A stretch of DNA of 61,131 nt, the filler included, from Sphacelaria rigidula (Eukaryota), in NCBI GenBank assembly GCA_964200075.2. It is 4 parts of 4 records of this genome, joined end to end, with 100 filler letters (N's around TTAATTAATTAA, not from the genome) between each part and the next. Parts side by side here need not be neighbours in the genome. Positions count along the whole stretch, not along the records: positions 30,618 to 45,825 come from CAXNAA020001862.1; positions 45,926 to 61,131 come from CAXNAA020001863.1; 2 more parts are not named here. One strand, given 5' to 3'. Both the position numbers and the translations under genes were made by a program. The notes under the pieces were generated by a model, which saw nothing but the letters and a program-made list of their open reading frames with translations, made no database searches and was not told the origin of the DNA. Shown here piece after piece: positions 36,292-47,217 of the stretch; position 1 is the stretch's first letter, and every line of letters starts with the position of its first letter.

Positions 36292-37414
36292 GTCACGTAC
36301 GGCATCGGGGTCGGATTTCGTCGTGGATTGTTTAACCCCCTACGACGAATGTTGTTCAAGGATCTGGGAACAGAGGTCGACGCTTCCACGGGTACAACTA
36401 CCACGATGGCGCAGGTGTGGCTCACATTATATATTTTTCACTTTTCATTTCTTAGTCTACTCTGTCTGTTCTACCTTTCGTTATTTCTTCACGATTGTTC
36501 AGCGAGTGTTTTAGTTTTGTTCTTGTCTCGGGTACGCCCGCCTATCATGTGACAACGGCTGGATCCATGGGGGATCATTTGAGACGCGAGAATTAAATCA
36601 AAACAATCGAACGCCGAAACCGTCGTTTTTGAGTTGTTACCATCAGTCTCTTCATGAAGCTTTCATGTTGTCGCGATCCTTGCTCGGTAGACCGACGGTC
36701 CGAAATCTCGTGGCAAGTGGTAGCATGGAGCGAAGGGAGGCCCTATGGTAACGTGTCTCCCGCTTCTACTTCCCGTAGTCGGTACCAAAAGAAGAACGTG
36801 TGATGTACCCCACACAAGTCATCTAGTATTGCTTCATGCCTTTTTCTTGCCGCTTTGGATTTCGCCATCCTCATACCACTCCCATATATCCGCAAAAAAT
36901 CGTAATTCAATGAACAACAAAGCAGAACGTCGCGCCCGACAAAAACGCAGCAGTTGCCGCTGCACCAGCATCAGCACCAGCTGACAGGGGAAGCACAGCC
37001 CGTCTTCTGGAAAAAATTCGATCATCCGGCCGGTTCGTCGGAGTGGCGGAGCGGTTCATGGTCGGTGCACGTGGACCCATGACTTTGCTCTGCGGATTTA
37101 CGGGAGTTCCCTTTACCCGCTTTGCGGCAGGGGTGGCGTTAGGCGCTTTTTTCGGTACGGTCCCCATACAGCTGGCCGTGGGACACGTGCTGAGAGATAG
37201 ACCAGAGATAATGGCCAGTATAGGGGCCGCGTTTTTGTCGTATTATGCTTTGGGGCCTCCGCTTGTGGCCGCTGCAGGCGTGATCAGCCTTTGGTTTACC
37301 GCGATATTTGGGAGGAAAAACAACAACGAGAAGGGAGAGGAGGAGCACGCGGCTACGGAGAAGGACGTCCGTCAACAGGAGAAGGAAGAGATTTTTGAGG
37401 GAAAGACCGCCTGA
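36292..37414 (+). CDS. 3' two exons (36292-36414; 36923/36926-37414) of a DedA/VTT (SNARE-associated) family membrane protein
   Basis: VTYGIGVGFRRG... spliced in frame to ...GRFVGVAERFMVGARGPMTLLCGFTGVPFTRFAAG (DedA RF-x-x-G-x-R...G...F motif), two more TM helices, an acidic tail and TGA. Upstream exons were not resolved. Confidence 0.8.
36430..36609 (+). repeat. RTE-LINE 3' tail copy in DedA intron
   Basis: TTCAGCGAGTGTTT...GTCTCGGGTACG...CTATCATGTGACAACGGCTGGATC, shared with 22320-22390. Confidence 0.7.
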
Positions 37415-39360
37415 GGTCGCGTTATTTTGAACATATTATTTCATTTACAACGTCGAGCAATTGAGAATTTTGACTAGGTGTGTGGATTGTATGCTGTGTG
37501 TGCTCGCTTTTCAGTGCGAGGAGTCTGACTAGGCTGGTTGCGTTCTTGTTGTAAATACTGTGCTCTATGGATTCGAAAAAGACACATTTTGCTCCGCCAA
37601 GAGGCAGTGTGTTGTGGTGCGATGTTGGTTGGAACCAACATGAGTACGGTAGTGATGGTTGTACATTTGGGTCCAGATGTTTGTTGTTGAGAATTTCCTA
37701 GATTTGGCAGCACACAGGGGCATTGGTCGCGACATGGCCTTTTTTGTGAAATGACGGGCTCCCAGCAATTCAAACCCGAGTGACACCGCGATAGCCCCCC
37801 CCACGCCAGCCCCAACATTGTCGCGAAGAAAATGGCCACACGGCGCATGATGGGCGGTTTCAGACGGCATGAAACGCCTCATGGGCGACATTGGCAAAAA
37901 CGATCGCAAGCGTGGGAGTTGCCAGCTGCTCGGTTTGCTCGGCCTGTCATTTTTATTCACATGTAGTTTTGCCTCCTCAAACTAGCCACTTTTCTCGCGG
38001 GGGGCTACCGTACGGTGTGGCACCACTCACACATGCGCCTTTTTCTTTTTTCCACTTTCGACCCTGTAACCGAAGTCTACCCGTAGGTATCCCAACACGT
38101 GGTGTGTTTCCGCCATGCGCGACCGCGTATTAGTCCGCCGAATAAATCCAGGAAGTGTTTGCAGGTGTACACAAATTAGTTATGGCCCCAGTGCACTATT
38201 CGGACAAACCACCGACCGTTCGAATCACCAAACCCGCGGTATTTCAGGCCTGGTTGCTTGTAAAGAGAGAAAAAAGTCGACCGCAGGTCAAAACGGTCTC
38301 GACGCAATTTTGAGCCACTCCACGTGCCTATATAGGCTGTTCGTTTCTGGGTTGCAACGCTGAAAACAAAGCTCAAGGCTTGATTCGGACGGTACGAATT
38401 TGATTCGTGGGGTACGAATCAATGACACTAAAATCAAGTAATTTCTAGATGAATCATTAATTCGTCCGACCCTTGCAGCAGTGTCACACGTTTGCCCTGA
38501 CCGTAGTATATTAACCGCCCGCATCCCGAGCAGAGCACCAAGCGATAGACGCCTCATCTCCAATGATGATAGGAGAGGATTTGGCGTGTTGCCTTGTATC
38601 TTTTGTTGTGTGTACTTCGGTACAGAGTGCGCTCCGGCCCATGTCAGACGATGCGCTGTCTATCATCTTGACAATCGTCCAGTATCACTATTTTTGCTGG
38701 CCCGCATTTGGTTCCGTAATTCTATCAAGTCGTGCTCCTGTACGACGACTACAGTATTATAGCTTCCCACGATAACGATACAAAAGTCTTGACTTGACTC
38801 GTTGAGCGCCCGCCGAGGATGGGCGCCTCAGTGACCGCCTCTTTTTTTAAAGGGAAACTGTCGAATCAGCATACAAAATCTTCTGGGTGGTCACAACGTT
38901 CCAAGGTGACTTGGAAAACAGAACAAACAACAAAAGTGCAGTAGTATGCAGCAGTATAGCAGCGAGATATTAAAACGAGACACGAGTGATTATCGCGGCC
39001 TCGCGCGCCCGAGAGAGAGGGTGGTAGTGAAGGAGTCAACGGGCCTGACAGTGAAAATCCTAGGCGACGGTGAATAATAGAAAATACCATACTGGACCGC
39101 AGCCAAAAATACGGCAGAACATGCATTACACACTTCGCCGAGGTGGGGGCAGTCAAGCTTTAACGCAGTTCCAAAGTGGGCTGCTTGGACTCTTATAATT
39201 TCGACGCTGCGCCTGTGCGGGAAATTTTGTCCCTCTTTTTGTCCATCAGTCCGCTTGTTCGAGAGGCGGAGACGTTGTGAAAATGTGAGAGTGGCAAACG
39301 GCGAGACAGTCAGTTGAGTCGATCATCGAAGCTATCATGTTTTACAGTCGTTAATTCTTG

Positions 39361-39754
39361 CACACGTCGGACGAGCACGAGTGTGACTCGTGGCACTCGC
39401 CCTCATTGGTCTGCTCGTTGGCCGTAAAAACTAGTAGGGCGAGTACTCGAGTCGTTGCTCGTTGTGGAAAAAAATAATAGGGCGAGCACTCGAGTCACTG
39501 CTCGTTGTGGAAGAAAGGAATAGGGCGAGCACTCGATTCATTGCTCGTTGTGGAAGAAAGGAATAGGGCGAGCACTCGATTCATCGCTCGTCGTGGAAGA
39601 AGTTAATAGGGCAGGGCGAGCACTCGAGTTATTGCTCGTAGTGGAAAAAAAACGGTAGGGTGAGCACTGGAGTCAGCTCGTTGTGTCTTCAAAAATATCC
39701 ACGAGTGTCGACGAGTGCACTCGTTTCGACGAGTAATGACTCGTCCGACATGTG
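39361..39754. mobile_element. MITE with CAC(A)(C/T)GTCGGACGAG TIRs and internal ~43-bp tandem array
   Basis: Left CACACGTCGGACGAG, right CTCGTCCGACATGTG; six copies of TAGGGCGAGCACTCGAGTCATTGCTCGTTGTGGAAGAAAGGAA (39435-39685). Confidence 0.82.
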
Positions 39755-40466
39755 AATGCTTAACAATGTTTTCTTGGTGTCCTCAAGAGCCGCAAAAATC
39801 GGGTTCTAGGAACCTTGAACATAGTTCACTGCTGGGGTCTAGTCTATACATTAGGTACACCTTCGCGCCTAGCTATTTGCTATCACAGCAGCACAGTAGA
39901 ATGAGTGATGCTACGGTGGGAGTGCACAAATAGTTTTTGAGGTTTGAATTGTTGAGAGACCCCTATCTTATCCCAAAAACGACTGTCTTGTGAAATATAT
40001 ATGTGAGAGCACGCCACGATTAGCATCCCGATGGGCTAGGGATACCCTAGTGTAATAGGGAGGGGTGTGAACAAGCTCCACACCTTCCAAGGTATGATCA
40101 AGGTGCTGCAAGCTTGGGTAGGTGCGCAAACGCGCAAGGTGTCCGAGTAAATCAAGCTGCAGATACACACGTGCAGATTCACGTGACTGTTCGTCACAGT
40201 AGCAAAACAAACAAAAGGGAGCTCAAAGGCTTGATATCTTTTAATCTCTCACTGATTATTTCCTTGACCGGCCAGCACACTGTTGTCACCAAAGATAAAC
40301 AGTAGGAGCAGATGGTCCGGCTCGAAGGGTAGCTCAAGAGTGAGCGAGGGTGCATGAGGCACGGTAGAGCAACCTATTTTTGAACTCGGCCCGGGAAGGC
40401 GTTTCGCCTCCCCGGGACTAGGGCACACCAATCTGTACACTACTCTTCCCCAGCTAGGGTACACCC

Positions 40467-40677
40467 TGTAATGCGTGAGAGGACCGCGTGCTTAGAGGAC
40501 CGCGCCGCATTTTAAAACACCGCAGGATCGATGTTTTTCAAAATCAATCGGGCCAGTCCCTGCGGGTACCACGTCCCTGATCATAACACCAACACTAACC
40601 CTAACCCTAACCCTAACCATGGGGATGTTCACATTCCGATGCGGTCCTCTAAGCACGCGGTCCTCTCACGCATCACA
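40467..40677. mobile_element. 211-bp MITE with 37-bp TIRs and internal (CCCTAA)n
   Basis: TGTAATGCGTGAGAGGACCGCGTGCTTAGAGGACCGC vs rc of the right end (1 mismatch); CTAACCCTAACCCTAACCCTAACC at ~40594-40618. Confidence 0.9.
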
Positions 40678-40959
40678 CACCAGTCTGTACACCAATCTTC
40701 CCAGAGCTATGGGAGCATTCCCGTGGACAGATCAAATGATCTGTAAGCCAATCTGCCCCAAAGTTGTCTGTGGGAACAGATAACGCCTCTCTATCTCCCT
40801 TCCTCATGACACTAGACGGATTTGAAAGCGTAAATGTTCTGGCGCATATTCTTGTCTAGCTCTTAGCTTTAGGATCCCCCGAATGAGAAAGATCTAGGCC
40901 CATATGTGGAACCCCTACCCCAGCATGACTCCAAGGTTCAAGTAAGGTACACCTTCTAA

Positions 40960-41590
40960 CCCAGAGGTACCCTGGATTTTCAGTATATTTGGAGTACAGT
41001 ACTCAGTACGCACGGGTATCGGCTACCGAAAATACGCAGTATTCCAGGGTATACTCAGAGTATCTTCAGTCTGAGAACCATAGGGTACTAAAAGCAAAAA
41101 GCACCTCGGGTACCCGCCCCCCGAAATACCCGGTGTAATATACGGAATACAGAGTAGAAGTACTTAGTACTTGGGGTTCTCAAGGCGTCGATTGTCGAAA
41201 ATACTCAGTATTTTAGAGTACTTCGGGTACCCAACCTCATAGTACCGCCGTTGTACCCGGAGCACTGACTACATCTGCTGAGTACCTCGGATATCCACCG
41301 CACCGACCACCCATAATACGCAATAAATATTTCAGGGTATCCGGGGTACCAGCTGTCGAATAATACTCAGTATATTCCAAGGTACCCAACACATGGAGTG
41401 CCGAACATACTCAATATTCCCTAGAACCCAGGGTATCAACCCCCCCCCGAAATACTCAGTGCTCCAGGGTATATATACACTACGCAGGGTAGCGACCCTC
41501 GGAAATACTGAATACTTCAGGGCACACAGGATAGCTCCACTCGAATACACTGAGCACTACAGGATACGCAGGGTGTTAACTGCCGAAAAC
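40960..41590. repeat. Degenerate low-complexity repeat rich in GGGTAC(C)/AATACTC(A/G)AGTA motifs
   Basis: Many recurrences of the motifs; a similar patch lies at 15500-15655. Confidence 0.55.
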
Positions 41591-41599
41591 TATGGTCGG

Positions 41600-43050
41600 T
41601 TGATTGATCGATCGACCGATTGAGTAATTGTCGCACACGTGCATTAACTGATCCGCTGGGAAGAAAGCCGTGCTCACAAGATAGACGTACCGAGGGTAAA
41701 TATACGGGAACACTCGTTGTGAAAATGCCGACAGAGGGAGCGGATGAAAAGTTAATAAAGGGAAAACACCAGAGGGAATTGGAAAGGGAAAATAGAAGAA
41801 AATAAGTGGAAGAGAAGGATATGAGACGAAACGAAACGAAAGATACAGACCGAGGGAAAAGCTAGGCTAAGAATTAAGGACGCTGCGAGGAACATCTAAA
41901 AGAAAAATGAGACGGAAAGAAGAGAGGAGCAAAATGGAAGATGAGGAAAGGAAAGGAGAGAAGGTACCCAGGAACAAAACAGAGCATGAAGAGGCAACAC
42001 AGCTACGTAAGCAGCATCAGTAGACTGGCAAGCCAAGAAAAGAGGTCAACAGCCGATAGGATAAGATAAGGATGCCAGCATCCGTGCCACTCCCCCGCGT
42101 CCCCCTTCCATCCCTAGTCTGAGGCAAAGCGGCCCACTGTCTCAACAATTATCCATATTGAATTCCTTCCTCGTGGGCTGTTGCTACTGTAATGTTGTAC
42201 CAGCTGTGGTGACTTTCCTATGACTCACGACTCTCAGCCCAATAACCTCTTTCTTAAGGCGTGGGTCGGGTTGGCGTAGGTCTTCGCATCGCCACGCCTC
42301 CTCGAACTCCTCAGGCTCTTTCCCGACCCCCAGGTGTCACCTGCCCAATTTTTTCATCGGCATTGACCAAATCTTGCAAGTCTTTGACCTCCAAGGGGTA
42401 GACAAACCATTTCCTTCATCTCCCCTGAGTGGCACAGCTCCTGAGGTATCTAGTAACTCCTGAAAGGCGATCTCCCCAGAGCTTCGAAACTTGACCGGAC
42501 TCCTCGGGTTCTTGTGTGGTCAACCGCCGTCCGATTATGACTCGCTTTGGAAGGCGTGCTTCGTCCTTCTGTCGGACAAGGACCTCCGAGAACCAAAGTC
42601 GACCCTCGCGGATGGTCTTTTCGATACATTTGCAGCTGGACACCTCAAGCGCAGCTCTATGTGCAGCATCCTGTACCCACTGTGATCCTTCCTGCAAACG
42701 CCAATTGCTCGGAGTGAACTATGTCTGGCGGGATGTGTACAGGCTCTTGAAGTCTTCAGGATGAAGCGTCCATGTACCGTAGCACACTCGTACAGCATAG
42801 CTTCCACCACCTTCGCTTCCAGCGACCGGATTTTCGGTGGCAGACGCGTGTTACGGTGTCGCACCCGTGTCGTTGGTATGGTCTCGGTAGCGTGTATCGT
42901 TGCCCGTTCAGTCGGGCTTTCATCACTTCTTCCATCGCAATCAAACTGAGCACTGCCTACCCGCCGACTCGAAAGCGTGCCATGGTCCTTCTTCTTTCAA
43001 CTAAAAAATAACAGGTGCACCTGAATCAACCGACTGTCGGAGGGCGATAC
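41600..43050 (-). mobile_element. 5'-truncated, decayed RTE-clade LINE
   Basis: RT C-terminal remnants KIRSLEAKVVEAMLYECAT, LRAIGVCRKDHSGYRML and CKCIEKTIREGRLWFSEVLVRQKDEARLPKRVIIG...WGDRL, a pyrimidine-rich 3' UTR and an (ATC[A/G])n tail. Confidence 0.88.
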
Positions 43051-43519
43051 CGACCTTGACACGGTTGCCTGGAGCAGTTAGGCACGATGCAACGGAAACG
43101 GCGGGAAGCGAAAACGGTCAGAAACGTTTTATCAACAGGTACAGATACTAAATGCTATTCGCAGGAAGACTCGTGCTATTGTTCCGCGTGCTCTTACATT
43201 TGCAGTACACGGAACGCTGGCGCACAAATCGCAAAAGTCCCGCGGTATCAACGCGTGATAGCTATCACTGGTGTGATTTTTCATTATGAATACTGGAACA
43301 ACTGACTAACCCTTCCGTACATACGACTCGCGTGTACAGCACGACTAACAGGTGTGGGCCAATCTCCGCTTGTCATGCTGATACCCGGTATCAGACACTA
43401 GTCAGCTGACCGAACGACTGTTGTTTCTTCGTCTGTTAAAATATGCGCGAACTAGATACAGGGGTCGGATCGATGGCACGGGCCAACGCGATTCTGTTGA
43501 GCAAGCTGGAGGCCTCAAG

Positions 43520-43830
43520 ACTACACGCGCTGGGGGCCCTTTCCAGGCGAGCGTCGTACTCGGAAAGAGTGATCCGAGGGTTGGGGGGGGGGGCGGGAGG
43601 GTACTCATGATCTTGCATGCCGTAGCCATAACACCACTGATCTTGCATCACTTCAACGCCGGGACGGAGCACGCCGGGTTTTCGCCGGACCAGGTTCGCA
43701 AATCAATCACCAAGCGCGAAGCGACGTGATGTGTTCGGCGAGTCGCATGAAGGGTGAGATGCGCCCTGCTGAGATTCTTCGGCCCGAAGCGTACTGGCTA
43801 TCCCACGTGTATTGGGAAGCCTCGAATGAT
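43520..43830 (+). repeat. Decayed copy of the same coding repeat family
   Basis: FQASVV...VLMILHAVAITPLILHHFNAGTEHAGF...SITKR...RMKGEMRPAEILRPEAYW. Confidence 0.75.
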
Positions 43831-45825
43831 CTGCTTCATTTCCTGGTATCCGATTTCCAGAGACAGCCACGGGTTACACTCCCTCATGGGTGTCTCACCA
43901 TTAAGCACTGCGTAGTACGATCATCTCCTTTGCGCAGAGATGAGGCTCTCCACTTCGCACCACATGATCTAACCCGACCACCATCATGGCTACCGCAAAA
44001 AAAACGTTAGCACAAAAAAAACGGTAACCTGGCTGCCTAGCTTACGCAGTGAGTGACTCATTTTACAGCATCGTAGCCAACCGACGCCAACTTTCAAATA
44101 TCGGGGGGGAGGGGGGGGCTTGAGCCGAAGGAGTCGCCCGAAGTTGTCTCTGTGAGCAGAACATTTATTGAACGCTCTTGCTCTTAACTCATAACACGCG
44201 TTCACACCACCCTTGAACGGTTTTAGCCACACCAATGAACCCCTCCGTTTTCGTGCAATCAAGCACTCCTGCCGCTATGGTAGGGTAACTCGGAAGTCAG
44301 AAGTAGGCGTTGTTCTGTGCTCCGATGCTCGCACACTTACCTCGCATTCTCCCTGGATATCTGCGCCCTTCGCACTTGCCCCATCAACAGCTCTAATGTA
44401 CACCAATCCTTCATCCTTCATTAGCAGCATTTGCCTTCCAGCAGTATCTACCTGTTCCTTCTTCCGGATTGTCACATCAAGTCGCCCTTTATTCAAACGC
44501 AGCCCTCTGAAGTGCTCAATGGATGAAAAAAACGGACAAGCAACGCTCGGAGATTACGGAGCAATTCCCTACTTCAGCCTCAGTCGGTACAGCTACGTGA
44601 CTTCAATATATTTTCTCAATACCCCGCATCCCTCCCCGCCTCGAACACTGCTGCTGTCATCGTATTCCATTTCTTCCGTAACAAATAGTGTCTTGTTTGA
44701 CGAAGGGAGAAGGGGGTGCTATGCGTCATGCTCTAGTCCAACACGCACAGCTAGATTTCCATCCGGGACAAGGGGTGCACGGGCGGGAGAATCTCATAGT
44801 CCCTCAAGGGGTGACGGCGGGCGGCCAGGCAGTGGAGCGGCATCGGAGATGGGTTTGGAGCAAGTAGGGTTTCAGCTTTATAGAGCGGAAAGCCACAAAT
44901 GTCATCATCATGAATTTTGTACTTGTTTACCGCAGCCTTGAGGAACTCATTCTCTCTTAAGATACGCTTCAGTGTACCTCGAAGAGTCACATCAGTACAC
45001 TGAAACGCAAGTACTTTTCGGAGGCATGGACGAGGATATCTAGAGTCCTCATGAGCATACCTATAGATTTACGTATGTGCCCGGATTCAAGAAAGAAGCC
45101 CAGAACCTCTTGAGCACACGCATTTGCTAGATGAGATCTTCTGCAAAACCAGCTTTCATTCTATTGGCCATGAAACGCTAAAACCAGTCTCCGGACGAAT
45201 TTTGCTCTCTCGGGAAAAACTCTGGACCTTAAATGGTGAGTCGTGCCGTGTCAAGTCGCCCCCCCCCTCATCCTTCTGAATGAAGAACGCATCAAAAGGG
45301 AATATGCCACCTACCATCTAAGTATAGCTGCCGCGGGTTTTGCAGAGGTTGAGGTCCAAGGCTGTTGCGCTTGTGGAAGAAGAGCGCCAACGGCTGGCGC
45401 TGCAGTTGCAGCGGGAGTTGTTGAAGGAGAGGAAGGCGTTTGAGGCTAGGAAAGCTGGTATCTCGGAAGAGGTGAACAATCCGTGAAAAGTAGCGCGACG
45501 GTGGTTTGTTCTTCCCGTTGTTACCGAGATGTTTCCCCCTCATGAAGACGCCAGGAGTTGTCCGCAGTGCTGCCCTCAGTAATTTATTCTCGACTACGGT
45601 AGTATCCGTTGAACATCTGTGGTTCGAACAGTTTCGCGTTTTTAGCAGCAGTCTTTGACACAGTCGACTCTTCCTGCGCGGAAAATATCCCAACCTAAGG
45701 AAAAAGGAAACGTTGTCCATGTGGTCATGGGCACCTACCTTGCTTGTATCGTGCGGCGGATATTACAGCGTCTACATTTTTGTACGAGCTGGGCCAGCCC
45801 AGAAACGGATTTAACCTGGCAGAGC

Positions 45826-45925
45826 NNNNNNNNNNNNNNNNNNNNNNNNNNNNNNNNNNNNNNNNNNNNTTAATTAATTAANNNNNNNNNNNNNNNNNNN
45901 NNNNNNNNNNNNNNNNNNNNNNNNN
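45826..45925. other. Artificial contig-join linker
   Basis: Identical 100-bp N44-TTAATTAATTAA-N44. Confidence 0.98.
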
Positions 45926-47217
45926 CGTAGAAAACATTTTGACATACGGAGTGAAAAAAGATACGTATAGTGGTGACCCAACTGTTGCTAGTGTGGCGCA
46001 TAGGAGTCCGTCCATGCTGCAACCTGGAGCACACGCTGGTCGCGTGAACACCTGGGTACACCACGAGTAGCTTTTCAGAATTATTCCGATTCTAGAAGGT
46101 CATGCATTACAAGCTGAACGAGAGTGCTTCACCATTAACCACTTAACAGACAATTATATAAGATGAGGTTGATCAATGAAATGAGGTTTGAGGAGGCTCG
46201 CCTGTGTGCGCCAAACATCGGGGGAAGTACCGTCCGCGTGTGCCCTCGATCATTTTCGGGGAGGGCAAACAAGTGTCAGTGGCTGTACTTACCGTTCTTC
46301 GACTGTTCCTGTTTGTCTGCGGCCGGCGGCGGCCGGCGGCGGCGTGGAATTCCATCATGGGCTGGAGAAAAAACGGCGATTTAACAACACTTTGTCCCAT
46401 GTGGATCCGGTGGGTGACGGTCTTCTCGCTGTTACGTGCCTCGAGGCCGCTGTCAAAACGACAATCTCCGGCGCTGGTTTGCTCTCTAGTGACGTGCTGG
46501 AGGAAGGATGAACTGTTGCCGCAGTGACATCGTGAGGGGGCAACCAACTGCTGGTCACTAACATGTCTGAGATGGGATGGAGTTTCTCGTTTCGAGCGTG
46601 TTCGCACAAGGGAGACAACATTTATTACTCAAACACAGAGAGTACCGCAAATGTCCGTCGAGCCCTTCAACCCGGTTCGAGCATGTATGATGCACCGTTG
46701 GCGAACACTCGGCAGCTATGGCAGAGACCATGCCGCTGGCATCAGCACGCTCGTCAGTCTTCGCCGCACATCGGCATTGTCCACTCCAATTAGACAATCT
46801 TGCCATCTCGTTATCCAGCTTATGAACAATCCTCGTCGCACAAAAACACGCACCGTGCACAAAAACATTTCATACTCCCCTCTCCCGTACGGGCGCGCGA
46901 TTGTTTACTTGTCGGTTTTCGCATTTGAAGCGATATCTCCGGGATCCAGCAGCGATCAAACATGGCACATCCTGGCTTCCCAAAGACAAGACGTCATGCA
47001 TTAACTACAAAGGAGCAATTATTTTGTTACACTCACACTCTCGAACGGTAAGCGTGGTCGAAGCCGCCGGCGTCCCTGTCTTTACTGCGGAAAGTCGGGA
47101 ACACTGACCATCAACCCTTGGCCCTCTCATCATTGGCATCCAATACCCCCTTCGGCATCTTGTCACCAGAGTTGAGTTTCCCGCACGAGGCAACTACCAA
47201 CTCTGCCTGCATCCACT

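Noticed and set aside
39435-39685. CRISPR-like palindromic repeat array
   Set aside because: Units are contiguous 43-mers with near-identical A-rich spacers, lie inside TIRs, and have no cas genes; the context is eukaryotic.
39351-39763. piggyBac assignment from flanking TTAA motifs
   Set aside because: The TTAAs lie 5-6 bp outside the best TIR match, and the related element at 22014-22647 lacks them.
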